In this document: in pieces, positions 1 to 9,650 of the stretch
How the letters are laid out: each line of letters starts with the position of its first letter
How positions within the stretch are numbered: the stretch's first letter is position 1
Source: Flavobacteriaceae bacterium
GTDB taxonomy: Bacteria; Bacteroidota; Bacteroidia; Flavobacteriales; Flavobacteriaceae
Assembly: GCA_016744615.1 (NCBI GenBank)
Contig: JADGEA010000012.1
Location: 1 to 38,395, forward strand
DNA length: 38,395 bases
Direction: 5' to 3'
Notes under the pieces: generated by a model
Told to the model about the DNA's origin: nothing
Databases searched by the model: none
What the model saw: the letters and a program-made list of their open reading frames with translations, nothing else
Translations under genes and position numbers: made by a program

Positions 1-644
1 TACTGATTGTCAAGGTTTTACCCTAATTAAATTGTGATTATTTTTAATTTATTTTGTTCATTATCAATTGTTTAGATGAGTTTGTAACGGAGTGTTGTAT
101 CTATACACTAACTTTAAAAAATATTGGAAGCTGCCGAGGTGAATGAAAATCCTGCGTCTTTTACAAATGTGCAAACAGCATTAATTCAGGAGTAAGCAGA
201 ATATCTTGAAAAAGAATATCAGGTAAAAAAAACTCCTAAAGAATATTAAAGGGGTTTGTGGTAAAAATGATAAAAAAAAGTCGTTTTACATTCTTTTGCT
301 TATTTATCCAAAAGTAAGGCAGATTCCGAATTTTTAAAGAAGGTCTTTGATAATGTTTATAAAAGATTAGAGAATGTTGGATGCGAAGTATTCCAGATTT
401 CTTTTGGATATTTTTTAGATTTGCATGTAGCTGCTCCTGGTTTCTCTCTAGCCAGAGTTTTTAAATCTTTTTAAGATAGTAGAGGTTATCACTTCATTAA
501 TTTATCACTTATTAATAATTATCCGGTCTAGCGCAGTCGAGACCTCTTTTAGAAAATATTGTTTTTGATTCCCTTCAATTTTTTATTTTAAGATACCAAA
601 ACAATAGATGAATTTTCTCTAACTTTGGTGAAAATTATACACTA

Positions 645-2528
645 ATGAGAAAACTATACCTATTTATTGTTTTACTTGGATTGAGTTCCATTTTATATGC
701 TCAAAAAGTAATGACTCCTGAGCAATTGATTACACTTAACAGGATTTCTGCTATTGGTTTGACCAATGATAAGCAAAATGTAATCTATAATGTTTCAAAA
801 GTTAATATCAAAGAAAACAATCGAAGTAAAAAAACTTATTTGTTGCCATTGAATGGTGGAGAATCCAAATTGATAAAAGAGTATAAAAATTTAACAAGCA
901 ATAGGTTAGTTTCTCCTGATGGGAAATATGAATTATTTGATAAAGAAGTAAAGATCAATCCGGTTACCGGGCAGGATCATTATAAAGATGTTCCGCAATC
1001 CAATGTAAAAATATACAATAGTTTAAATTATAGGCATTGGGATACTTGGGAAGATGGTAAATTTAGCCATGTTTTTATCAAATCTAAAGAAGGTGAAGTT
1101 GATTTGATGAAGGGAGAACCTTATGATTGTCCGCAAAAACCCTTTGGAGGTGCTGAAGATTATATGTGGAGCTCTGATAGTAAAAAAGTTTTATATGTAG
1201 CTAAAAAATATGAGGGTGCCGAATATGCTAAAACAACCAATAGTGATATTTATGAGTATGATTTGGTAACCAAAAAGACCAAAAACCTTACAGAATATAA
1301 CAAAGGTTATGATGTCTCACCGTCTTTTTCATCCAAAGGAGAACTAGCATGGTTACAAATGAAAAGAGATGGTTATGAAGCAGATAAGAATGATATTATT
1401 GTTCGAAGAAATGGAAAGGATATCAATCTTACAAAAAATTGGGATGGCACGGTAAATAGTTTTATGTGGAGTAATAAAGGAGATAAGATCTATTTTAACG
1501 CTCCTGTTTTTGGTACAGTTCATTTATTTGAAATAGAGATATCTTCATCGGCAAAACCTAATCAAATTACCAAAGGGCAATTTGATGTTAATAGAATCGT
1601 TGGGCAATCTAAAAATAAGATGGTTGTTTCCAGAAGAGATATGAACCATGCTCCGGAGTTATATATTGTTGATCTCAAAAATGGTAAAATGGATCAATTG
1701 ACTCATGCGAATGATGCAATTTATAATGCTTTAAGTCTAGGTGAAATTGAAAAAAGAATTACAAAAGCAACTGATGGTAAAGATCTTCTTTCCTGGGTAA
1801 TCTATCCTCCAAATTTCGATCCAAATAAAAAGTATCCGACAATATTGTATTGTCAGGGAGGTCCTCAAGGTGCTTTAAGCCAGTTTTATTCTTATCGTTG
1901 GAATTTCCAATTAATGGCAGCTCATGGTTATATTATTATTGCTCCAAATCGGAGAGGAATGCCGGGCTATGGAGTAGAATGGAATGAACAAATAAGTAAA
2001 GATTATGGCGGACAAAACATGCAGGATTATCTGTCTGCAATTGATGATATAGCAAAAGAACCTTATGTTGATAAGGATAAATTGGGTTGTATTGGAGCAA
2101 GTTATGGTGGTTATTCAGTGTTTTATTTGGCTGCTTTTCATGAAAAGAGATTCAAAACATTTATTTCGCATGACGGAATTTTTAATGAAAAAAGCATGTA
2201 TGGAACTACCGAAGAATTGTTTTTTGTGAATTGGGATCTTGGCGGGCCATATTGGGAAAAAGACAATAAAGCAGCACAAAAGAGCTATACACTTTTCAAC
2301 CCAGTTGAGCATGTTGAAAAATGGAATACTCCAATCATGATCATACAAGGAGGAAAAGATTACAGAGTTCCTATCGGACAAGGGCTAGAAGCATTTCAGG
2401 CTGCACAATTACAAGGTATCAAAAGTAGATTGTTATATTTTCCAGAGGAAAACCATTGGGTGTTAGATTATCAAAATTCACTAATTTGGCATAGAGAATT
2501 CTACAGATGGCTAAAAGAAACACTATAA
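645..2528 (+). CDS. S9 family serine peptidase (prolyl oligopeptidase/dipeptidyl peptidase-like), secreted
   Basis: 627 aa with an N-terminal signal peptide (LYAQ). An N-terminal beta-propeller-like region is followed by a C-terminal alpha/beta-hydrolase domain with the nucleophile motif GASYGG and distal Asp/His (..ENHW..). The architecture is typical of S9 peptidases. Confidence 0.85.
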   Translation: MRKLYLFIVLLGLSSILYAQKVMTPEQLITLNRISAIGLTNDKQNVIYNVSKVNIKENNRSKKTYLLPLNGGESKLIKEYKNLTSNRLVSPDGKYELFDKEVKINPVTGQDHYKDVPQSNVKIYNSLNYRHWDTWEDGKFSHVFIKSKEGEVDLMKGEPYDCPQKPFGGAEDYMWSSDSKKVLYVAKKYEGAEYAKTTNSDIYEYDLVTKKTKNLTEYNKGYDVSPSFSSKGELAWLQMKRDGYEADKNDIIVRRNGKDINLTKNWDGTVNSFMWSNKGDKIYFNAPVFGTVHLFEIEISSSAKPNQITKGQFDVNRIVGQSKNKMVVSRRDMNHAPELYIVDLKNGKMDQLTHANDAIYNALSLGEIEKRITKATDGKDLLSWVIYPPNFDPNKKYPTILYCQGGPQGALSQFYSYRWNFQLMAAHGYIIIAPNRRGMPGYGVEWNEQISKDYGGQNMQDYLSAIDDIAKEPYVDKDKLGCIGASYGGYSVFYLAAFHEKRFKTFISHDGIFNEKSMYGTTEELFFVNWDLGGPYWEKDNKAAQKSYTLFNPVEHVEKWNTPIMIIQGGKDYRVPIGQGLEAFQAAQLQGIKSRLLYFPEENHWVLDYQNSLIWHREFYRWLKETL

Positions 2529-2560
2529 AATTATTATAAAAACCATTTCAACTTATTATT

Positions 2561-4435
2561 ATGAATTTAAAATATAGATTATTAGTTTTTTTATTGATTC
2601 TGGGATTTCAATTTTCAATTGCCCAGCACAATATTATACCCGTTCCGGTGAATTATGAAAAGTCAAACGGTTCATTTGTATTTCAGGATGAAATTAAATT
2701 TAAAACAGGAAACAAAGAGATAAAGAGTTTAAAAAGCACTCAATTATTTCAAAATTATTTAACAAATTTAGGAATCTCATCAAGTTTTGATAAAAAGGCA
2801 AAGGGAAATTTCATTTCTATTGATTTGAATAAAAAAAAGAATTCTGCCATAGGAAAAGAAGGTTATATCTTAGAAGTAAATGATAAAAGTATTGCTTTAA
2901 AAGCAAATGATCCTGCTGGGATATTTAATGGTTTGCAAACTTTAAAGCAATTAATTCCAATAGTAAATAGTAGAACTATTGAAATTCAATCATGTAAAAT
3001 AGTTGATTATCCACGTTTTGCCTGGAGAGGCTTAATGTTAGATGTGAGTCGTCATTTTTTTACTGTAGATGAAATTAAATCATATTTGGATAAAATGTCA
3101 GCATATAAATTCAATGTATTTCACTGGCATTTAACAGATGATCAGGGTTGGAGAATTGAAATAAAATCTTATCCTAAATTAACAGAAGTTGGAGCATGGA
3201 GAGTAGAGAGGAACGGAACCTTTGGAGAAGGAAGAGCAGCTCCCAAAGAGGGTGAAAAAGCAACTTATGGTGGTTTTTATTCTCAGGAACAAATTAAAGA
3301 TATTGTACGATACGCAGCAGATAGAAATATTACTATTGTACCCGAGATTGATGTACCAGGTCACAGTATGGCCGTACTGGCAGCTTACCCTGAACTTTCT
3401 GTACAAAAAGAATCTAAATATGTTAGTCCGGGAAATAAATTTTCAGAATGGTATGGAGATGGTACATTTAAAATGCTTATTGAAAACACTTTGAATCCAA
3501 TTGATGAAAACGTTTATGATTTTATAGATAAAGTTTTTACAGAAGTTGCTCAACTATTTCCGGGTGATTATATCCATATGGGAGGAGATGAGGCCTATCA
3601 TGGTTATTGGGATGAAAACCCTGAAGTACAGAAATTCATGAAGAAACATAAAATAAAAAATAGTCATGAGTTGCAGAGTTACTTTGTAAAAAGAGTTGAA
3701 AAGATTATTAGTAGTAAGGGGAAAAAAATGATTGGATGGGATGAGATACTTGAAGGTGGTTTGGCAGATGGTGCTGCAGTGATGAGTTGGAGAGGAATGA
3801 AAGGTGGAATTGAAGCAGCTAAAATGGGACATGAAGTAGTTATGACACCAACAACTTATGCTTATTTAGATTATATGCAGGGAGATGTAACCGTTGAGAA
3901 TAAGATATATGCAAGTCTTAGTTTGGAAAAGACCTATAAATTTGAACCTGTTCCTGATGAAATTGAAGCAAAATACGTTTTAGGAGGGCAAGGTAATTTA
4001 TGGACGGAAGCAGTTCCTACTTTACAATTTGCTTATTATATGACTTATCCAAGGGCTTTCGCTATTGCGGAGACTTTATGGAGTCAAAAAAAAGATAAGA
4101 ACTGGGATGACTTTGTGAGAAGAACAGAAGAGAATATGATTCGCTTTGACAGAGAAGGAGATAATATTGCAAAAGCTGTTTTTGATCCAATTGTGACAGT
4201 ATATAAAAATGACGATGTTGTGATGTGTAAGTTAGAGAATAATATCCCTGGTACAGAAATATATTATTCCATTGATAATACTTATCCGGTTAAATTTGCT
4301 AAAAAGTATACAGATCCTTTTATGATTCCAGCCGGTAATTTAAAATTACATACACAAACTTTTAGAGAAGGAAAACCGATTGGGCATGAATTGATCATTA
4401 ACAGAGAAGACCTTGTTAAAAGAATTAAAAAATAA
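2561..4435 (+). CDS. GH20 beta-N-acetylhexosaminidase, secreted
   Basis: 624 aa with a signal peptide. GH20 signatures are RFAWRGLMLDVSRHF, HWHLTDDQGWR and the catalytic IHMGGDE (Asp-Glu pair). An N-terminal GH20b-like domain and a C-terminal beta-sandwich are also present. Confidence 0.9.
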   Translation: MNLKYRLLVFLLILGFQFSIAQHNIIPVPVNYEKSNGSFVFQDEIKFKTGNKEIKSLKSTQLFQNYLTNLGISSSFDKKAKGNFISIDLNKKKNSAIGKEGYILEVNDKSIALKANDPAGIFNGLQTLKQLIPIVNSRTIEIQSCKIVDYPRFAWRGLMLDVSRHFFTVDEIKSYLDKMSAYKFNVFHWHLTDDQGWRIEIKSYPKLTEVGAWRVERNGTFGEGRAAPKEGEKATYGGFYSQEQIKDIVRYAADRNITIVPEIDVPGHSMAVLAAYPELSVQKESKYVSPGNKFSEWYGDGTFKMLIENTLNPIDENVYDFIDKVFTEVAQLFPGDYIHMGGDEAYHGYWDENPEVQKFMKKHKIKNSHELQSYFVKRVEKIISSKGKKMIGWDEILEGGLADGAAVMSWRGMKGGIEAAKMGHEVVMTPTTYAYLDYMQGDVTVENKIYASLSLEKTYKFEPVPDEIEAKYVLGGQGNLWTEAVPTLQFAYYMTYPRAFAIAETLWSQKKDKNWDDFVRRTEENMIRFDREGDNIAKAVFDPIVTVYKNDDVVMCKLENNIPGTEIYYSIDNTYPVKFAKKYTDPFMIPAGNLKLHTQTFREGKPIGHELIINREDLVKRIKK

Positions 4436-4464
4436 TTTTAAGGTAGTTTTTAACAATCAGCTAA

Positions 4465-5031
4465 ATGACGGAAAAAGAAAAAATGTTATCCGGACAATTG
4501 TATAACCCAATGGATACAATTCTATCAAAGGAAAGATATGCAGCTCGATTAAAATTTCAGAAAATAAATAATCTGGGTGATAATCAAGTAAAAGAACGCA
4601 ATAAGTTGTTTAAGGAGCTAGTTGGTGCATATGATAAAATATTTTGGATAGAACCTCCATTTTTTTGTGACTATGGATCTAATATCAAACTAGGTAAAAA
4701 AGTCTTTATAAATTTTAACTGCTGCATTTTAGATACTGCAGAAGTCAGCATAGGAGACAATGTTTTAATTGGTCCAAATGTTCAAATTTATGCCGCAACC
4801 CATCCTTTAGATATAAAAACCAGAAATTCATTGCTTGAATATGCAAAACCTATAACTATTGGTAATGATGTTTGGATTGGTGGAGGAGCAATTATTTGTC
4901 CGGGAGTTCGTGTTGGAAATGGCGTTGTAATTGCAGCAGGTTCAGTTGTTATTAATGATGTTCCGGATAATGTGATGGTTGCTGGTAATCCGGCAATAAT
5001 CAAAAAAGAAATTGATAATTCAGAAAAGTAA
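4465..5031 (+). CDS. sugar O-acetyltransferase (maltose/galactoside O-acetyltransferase family, hexapeptide-repeat LbH)
   Basis: 188 aa. N-terminal Mac-like region (LSGQLYNPMD..) followed by left-handed beta-helix hexapeptide repeats (IGDNVLIGPNVQIY.. VWIGGGAIICPGVRVGNGVVIAAGSVV). Confidence 0.8.
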   Translation: MTEKEKMLSGQLYNPMDTILSKERYAARLKFQKINNLGDNQVKERNKLFKELVGAYDKIFWIEPPFFCDYGSNIKLGKKVFINFNCCILDTAEVSIGDNVLIGPNVQIYAATHPLDIKTRNSLLEYAKPITIGNDVWIGGGAIICPGVRVGNGVVIAAGSVVINDVPDNVMVAGNPAIIKKEIDNSEK

Positions 5032-5074
5032 TTTGGAGTGTATTCATTGTTTATAATTATTTGATATCATTAAA

Positions 5075-5680
5075 ATGAAAATTATTAAGCAGCTAATCTT
5101 TATTGCTCTCTTCCTTCCTTTATTTGTAATAGCTCAAAAGGATTATAAACCTGGATATATCATTACAAATAATAATGATACCATTTCTGGATTTGTGAAA
5201 GATAGAAAATCACCTCCTTTTGGAAAATTGTATGATAAAATACGTTTTAAAAACAGTTCTGAAAAAAGGAAATATAGTCCCAAACAGATTTTGGGTTACA
5301 AACAGGGTAACAGGGTGTTTGAAAGTTTATGGTTGCAAACAGATGGATATTTGATTGATGAAAAATATACGATCAATCCAAATATTAATAAAAAACAATT
5401 TTTAAAAGTAGTTCTGAAGGGAGATCTTACCTTATATCAATTGGAAATTACAGATCCGGATTCCGATTATATCGATCAAATACCGCTTTTAAAAAGGGAA
5501 GGAGAAAATTATTTGCAAAGAGTTACGCAAGGAATTTTTGGTTTAAAGAAAAAGAAGTTGGAAATATACTTTAAGGATTGCCCAGAAATTATTTCTAAAA
5601 TTAAAAAAAATGAATTGAAAACACCAGTTGAAATTGCTGTGTTTTATAATTCATGGAAAGTCATTAATGTTCAGTTATAG
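5075..5680 (+). CDS. hypothetical secreted protein
   Basis: 201 aa ORF with a clear signal peptide (FVIAQ). No recognizable catalytic motif. The start codon of the next gene follows its stop codon after 6 nt. Confidence 0.5.
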   Translation: MKIIKQLIFIALFLPLFVIAQKDYKPGYIITNNNDTISGFVKDRKSPPFGKLYDKIRFKNSSEKRKYSPKQILGYKQGNRVFESLWLQTDGYLIDEKYTINPNINKKQFLKVVLKGDLTLYQLEITDPDSDYIDQIPLLKREGENYLQRVTQGIFGLKKKKLEIYFKDCPEIISKIKKNELKTPVEIAVFYNSWKVINVQL

Positions 5681-5686
5681 CAAAAA

Positions 5687-6322
5687 ATGAAGATTATTTT
5701 AATATTATTGGCTTTTACATTATTATTTTTCGAAGCGAAAGCCCAAGATGCTCCTCAGAAAACCAATAGGATTAAATTAGGATTTAATTCCGGATTTGGT
5801 ACGCAGGAGAGTTTTCCTTTTGGTTCAAAGGATTACTCCTATGATGTGCAGTTTTATAAATTACAATTTAATCATCTTATGATTGAGAGAATAAAGTGGA
5901 ATTTTGAACTGAATATAGAACCAAGTTATTATCTGGCTGAGCATCAATTATTAAATAAGTATTATGTAAGGCCAGATCAAGGTGATGACTATTTAGAGAA
6001 AAGGGACAAATTTACCGCAAAAAAGTATATCAATGAATATGTTTTAAATATTGGTTTAATTGCTAGATATAAGATCGATACTAATATTAGTGCTTGTGTT
6101 ATAGGTAGTGTTGGACCAATGTATTCTGACTCTGATACTGAAAGAATGAATGCAGGTTTTGCATTTTCTGATATATTTGGATTGGGAATGTCTTATCAAA
6201 TCCATAGATTCTTTTTAGATTTCAGATATAGTATTAGGCATGTATCCAACCTAAATATTACTTTACCAAATAATGGCTATAATAGTAGTAATTTAGAAAT
6301 TGGTTGTACTTATCAGCTCTAA
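5687..6322 (+). CDS. hypothetical outer-membrane beta-barrel protein, possibly a PagL-like lipid A deacylase/acyloxyacyl hydrolase
   Basis: 211 aa with a signal peptide (FEAKAQ). Alternating hydrophobic beta-strand pattern with aromatic girdle residues. A C-terminal H-x-S-N motif (IRHVSNL) resembles the PagL catalytic His/Ser. Ends in an aromatic-rich terminal strand (CTYQL). Confidence 0.4.
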   Translation: MKIILILLAFTLLFFEAKAQDAPQKTNRIKLGFNSGFGTQESFPFGSKDYSYDVQFYKLQFNHLMIERIKWNFELNIEPSYYLAEHQLLNKYYVRPDQGDDYLEKRDKFTAKKYINEYVLNIGLIARYKIDTNISACVIGSVGPMYSDSDTERMNAGFAFSDIFGLGMSYQIHRFFLDFRYSIRHVSNLNITLPNNGYNSSNLEIGCTYQL

Positions 6323-6406
6323 TTATAAATTTATTTCTTAAATTTAATGCATTAATAGCCAACATTGTTGTTGGTATATTTGTTGTTTAACTAAACTTAT
6401 TTTAAA

Positions 6407-7093
6407 ATGAAAAAATTAGTAGCAGAATTTATTGGCACCTTTTGGTTGGTACTTGGTGGTTGTGGAAGTGCCGTTTTAGCAGCAGGATTTCCTGAATTAG
6501 GAATTGGCTTTGCAGGAGTTTCTTTAGCATTTGGTTTAACCGTTTTGACCATGGTATTTGCCGTAGGTCATATTTCTGGAGCCCATTTTAATCCCGCTGT
6601 TTCCATTGGTCTTTGGGCTGGAGGTCGCTTTGATAAAAAAGATTTATTACCATATATTGGTGCTCAGGTTTTAGGTGGAATAGCAGGTGCAACAGTTTTA
6701 TATTTTATAGCAACTGGGCAAGAAGGCTTTGAAATAGGAGGCTTTGCAGCCAATGGTTTTGGTGAGCATTCTCCAGGAGGTTATAGTATGTATGCAGCTT
6801 TGCTTACCGAGGTTGTTATGACTTTTATGTTTTTGATCGTTATTCTAGGTGCTACACATTCAAAAGCACCAAAAGGATTTGCTGGATTAGCAATAGGTTT
6901 AGCACTTACTCTTATTCATTTAATTAGTATTCCGGTAACTAATACTTCGGTTAACCCAGCGAGAAGTACTAGTCAGGCAATTTTTGCAGGAGGTTGGGCA
7001 ATGGATCAATTGTGGTTGTTTTGGGTTGCTCCGATTATTGGTGCAATTTTAGCTGGTGTTGTTTATAAATTTATGTTACCAGAAACAGAATAG
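6407..7093 (+). CDS. aqpZ: aquaporin Z (MIP family water channel)
   Basis: 228 aa with six TM segments. Both NPA boxes are present (HFNPAVS and VNPARS). The ar/R region is typical of AqpZ. Confidence 0.9.
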   Translation: MKKLVAEFIGTFWLVLGGCGSAVLAAGFPELGIGFAGVSLAFGLTVLTMVFAVGHISGAHFNPAVSIGLWAGGRFDKKDLLPYIGAQVLGGIAGATVLYFIATGQEGFEIGGFAANGFGEHSPGGYSMYAALLTEVVMTFMFLIVILGATHSKAPKGFAGLAIGLALTLIHLISIPVTNTSVNPARSTSQAIFAGGWAMDQLWLFWVAPIIGAILAGVVYKFMLPETE

Positions 7094-7119
7094 TTAAACG
7101 ACTAATGAAATATAATAAG

Positions 7120-7153
7120 CCCATCTAAACTAAATTTTTTAGATGGGTTTTTC
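7120..7153 (+). terminator. intrinsic terminator after aqpZ
   Basis: 10-bp stem cccatctaaa/tttagatggg followed by tttttc. Confidence 0.6.
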
Positions 7154-7265
7154 ATTGTATTTGATAAGAATATTGTTTTAAAATGAATCTGTTTTATATT
7201 ACTTAAAATAGCAAAAAAAATAATGTTGTTTTAATGAAAAATTATTACATTAGACATCTACTAAA

Positions 7266-7856
7266 TTGATATGTATGAAGGAATTTTTTGAAAGTATGTC
7301 ATCTCTAGAATTTACTTATTGGATGATAGCATTGATTGGTTCTGCAATCTTTTCTATTATTTTTATTTTAACCTTTATTGGCGGTAGTGCAGATGTCGAT
7401 ATGGAAGCAGATGGGGCTGATTTTGAGGCAGATGATGGAGGTGTAGGGTTTCAATTTTTTACATTTAAAAATGTAATAGCTTTTTTTACAATTTTTGGAT
7501 GGAGTGGGATTATTTGTATTGATAATAAATATTCAACTTCTATTACAATTATTGTGTCAACAATAGCAGGTTTAATCATGATGTTTTTAACCTCTTTGTT
7601 GTTTTTTTGGATGCATAAACTAACCGAGTCAGGTACTTTAAAAATAAAGAATGCAATTGGTAATATGGGTGAGGTTTATTTACCTATTGGAGCTAATAGG
7701 TCTAACATTGGTAAAGTTCAAATTAAAGTGCAAGGAAGTTTGAGAGAGTTAGAAGCTCTTTCTGATTCTGATGAAGAGTTAAAAACAGGAACTTTAGTTA
7801 AAGTTGTTGAAATAGTTAGTGCTGAAATATTGCTTGTTGAAAAATTATCTAAATAA
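7266..7856 (+). CDS. NfeD-like membrane protein (partner of SPFH/flotillin)
   Basis: 196 aa with multiple TM helices and an acidic linker. The C-terminal beta-rich OB-fold-like segment (GTLVKVVEIVSAEILLVEKL) is typical of NfeD short forms. The start codon of the flotillin gene follows its stop codon after 9 nt. Confidence 0.6.
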   Translation: MICMKEFFESMSSLEFTYWMIALIGSAIFSIIFILTFIGGSADVDMEADGADFEADDGGVGFQFFTFKNVIAFFTIFGWSGIICIDNKYSTSITIIVSTIAGLIMMFLTSLLFFWMHKLTESGTLKIKNAIGNMGEVYLPIGANRSNIGKVQIKVQGSLRELEALSDSDEELKTGTLVKVVEIVSAEILLVEKLSK

Positions 7857-7865
7857 AAATTACAT

Positions 7866-9506
7866 ATGAATTTATTACTACCCTTACAAACAGGTGTTTA
7901 CGGAGTTTACTTAATAGGCGCCGTTTTCTTAATATTTATTGTTTTTATCTTCTCGATGTTTAGAAGATATAAGCGTTGTCCATCAGATCAAATTTTAGTT
8001 GTTTACGGTAAAACAGGAGGAGGGCAATCAGCAAAGTGTATTCATGGTGGAGCTGCTTTTATTTGGCCAATAATTCAAGATTATGAGTTTTTAGACTTAA
8101 CTCCAATGTCAATTGAAGTTAATCTAACAAATGCTCTAAGTAAGCAAAACATACGTGTAAATGTTCCTTCACGATTTACCATAGGAATATCTACAGACCC
8201 CAGTGTTATGCAAAATGCAGCTGAGAGGTTATTAGGGTTAAGTCTTGATTCTGTTCAAAGTTTGGCACAAGAAATTATTTTTGGGCAGTTACGTTTGGTG
8301 GTTGCTTCAATGGATATTGAAGAAATAAATTCAGATAGAGATAAGTTTTTATCACATATAACGCATAGTGTTGAAGCCGAGTTAAAAAAAGTAGGATTAA
8401 AACTTATCAATGTAAATATTACAGATATTCATGATGAATCAGGATATATTGAAGCTTTAGGTAAAGAAGCAGCAGCAAAAGCAATTAATGATGCAAAAAT
8501 TTCTGTAGCTCAAAAAGTTCGAGATGGCTCAATTGGTGAAGCTCAGGCTGTACAAGATCAAAGAGTTCAGGTAGCAGATGCATTGGCAAAAGCTAAAATT
8601 GGTGAGGCTGATGCGAATCAAAATGAAAGAGTTCAGGTGGCTGATATGATTGCTACGGCTATGATTGGAGAAGCTAATGCAAATCAAAAAGAAAGAATTC
8701 AAACTGCGGATGCAGTTGCAAAAGCTAAAATTGGTGAGGCCGAAGCAAATAAAGAGGAAAGAGTAAAAATGGCTGTTGCAAATGCTAAAGCAATTGAAGG
8801 TGAGAATATTTCAAAAATTGATATTGCAGAATCTGATGCTTTGAGAAGAGAAAGAGAAGCTGAAGCTGAAAAAAGAGCAATATCAGCAGAAAAAGTACAA
8901 GTTGCAAAAGCATTAGAAGAAGCATATGCTGCTGAAAAATTAGCAGAAGATGCAAGAGCCAAAAGAAAAGAAGCAGAACAAAATGCGGATATTGTTGTAC
9001 CTGCAAGAATTGATAAACAAAAGATTGAAATTGATGCAGAGGCTGAAGCCGAACAAATTAGAAGAATTGCAAAAGGTGAAGCTGATGCAATTTTTATGAA
9101 GAAAGAAGCAGAAGCAAAAGGTTTATATGAAATTTTAACGAAACAAGCAGAAGGTTTAGATCGAATTGTAAAAGCAGCAGGTAATAATCCTAAGGATGCT
9201 GTATTATTATTGGTTGCTGATAAATTACCAGAATTGGTTAAAACTCAGGCAGAAGCCATTAAAAATATTAAAATTGACAAGATTACCGTTTGGGAAGGTG
9301 GTAATTCTAAAGATGGTAAAACATCTACCTCAAATTTTATTTCAGGAATGTATAAATCTGTTCCACCTTTACAGGAAATGTTTAATATGGCAGGTATGCA
9401 ATTACCAAATTATTTAAAAGGAGAAGAGGTAATTGATGTAGATGACGTGATAGAAGAAAAAAGCAGTAAATCAGAAATTGATAAACCAGAAAGTAAGAAA
9501 AAATAA
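7866..9506 (+). CDS. flotillin-like protein (SPFH/band-7 domain, YqiK/FloA family)
   Basis: 546 aa. N-terminal TM anchor and SPFH domain. The central region is a long coiled-coil of Ala/Glu-rich repeats (ERVQVAD..AKAKIGEA.ANQ.) characteristic of the flotillin domain. Confidence 0.85.
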   Translation: MNLLLPLQTGVYGVYLIGAVFLIFIVFIFSMFRRYKRCPSDQILVVYGKTGGGQSAKCIHGGAAFIWPIIQDYEFLDLTPMSIEVNLTNALSKQNIRVNVPSRFTIGISTDPSVMQNAAERLLGLSLDSVQSLAQEIIFGQLRLVVASMDIEEINSDRDKFLSHITHSVEAELKKVGLKLINVNITDIHDESGYIEALGKEAAAKAINDAKISVAQKVRDGSIGEAQAVQDQRVQVADALAKAKIGEADANQNERVQVADMIATAMIGEANANQKERIQTADAVAKAKIGEAEANKEERVKMAVANAKAIEGENISKIDIAESDALRREREAEAEKRAISAEKVQVAKALEEAYAAEKLAEDARAKRKEAEQNADIVVPARIDKQKIEIDAEAEAEQIRRIAKGEADAIFMKKEAEAKGLYEILTKQAEGLDRIVKAAGNNPKDAVLLLVADKLPELVKTQAEAIKNIKIDKITVWEGGNSKDGKTSTSNFISGMYKSVPPLQEMFNMAGMQLPNYLKGEEVIDVDDVIEEKSSKSEIDKPESKKK

Positions 9507-9520
9507 ATTACTTAATAATG

Positions 9521-9566
9521 AATAAAAATCCATTTTATTTTTTAAAATAAAATGGATTTTTTTATT
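9521..9566. terminator. bidirectional AT-rich palindromic terminator between convergent flotillin and GH92 genes
   Basis: aaaaatccattttatttt and its exact reverse complement aaaataaaatggattttt form a perfect ~18-bp inverted repeat with T-runs on both strands. Confidence 0.5.
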
Positions 9567-9650
9567 AAAAAATGTGGCGTAATGGACAAAAAGGAGACTA
9601 AAAACTTCTGTAATCATTGTATTTATTAGCTTTGAGGCAAATCAAAGGTT

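Noticed and set aside
1-644. Possible 3' end of a gene running off the left edge
   Set aside because: No frame on either strand stays open from position 1 for more than ~25 codons. The region is treated as non-coding apart from the frameshifted small ORF reported above.
2115-5003. Short antisense or alternate-frame ORFs within the S9 peptidase, GH20 and acetyltransferase genes (2115..2381, 3179..3406, 3222..3494, 3554..3832, 4788..5003)
   Set aside because: Each is fully embedded in a longer ORF that carries clear family motifs. None shows motifs of its own.
6359-6374. Short hairpin ccaaca-ttgt-tgttgg after the PagL-like gene
   Set aside because: The stem is only 6 bp and the downstream T-tract is weak. 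It is not convincing as a terminator.
8699-9006. Two antisense ORFs (87 and 73 aa) inside the flotillin gene
   Set aside because: They are low-complexity translations (poly-Ala/Ser and poly-Leu/Gln) of the reverse strand of the GAA/GCA-rich coiled-coil repeats. They are repeat artefacts, not genes.
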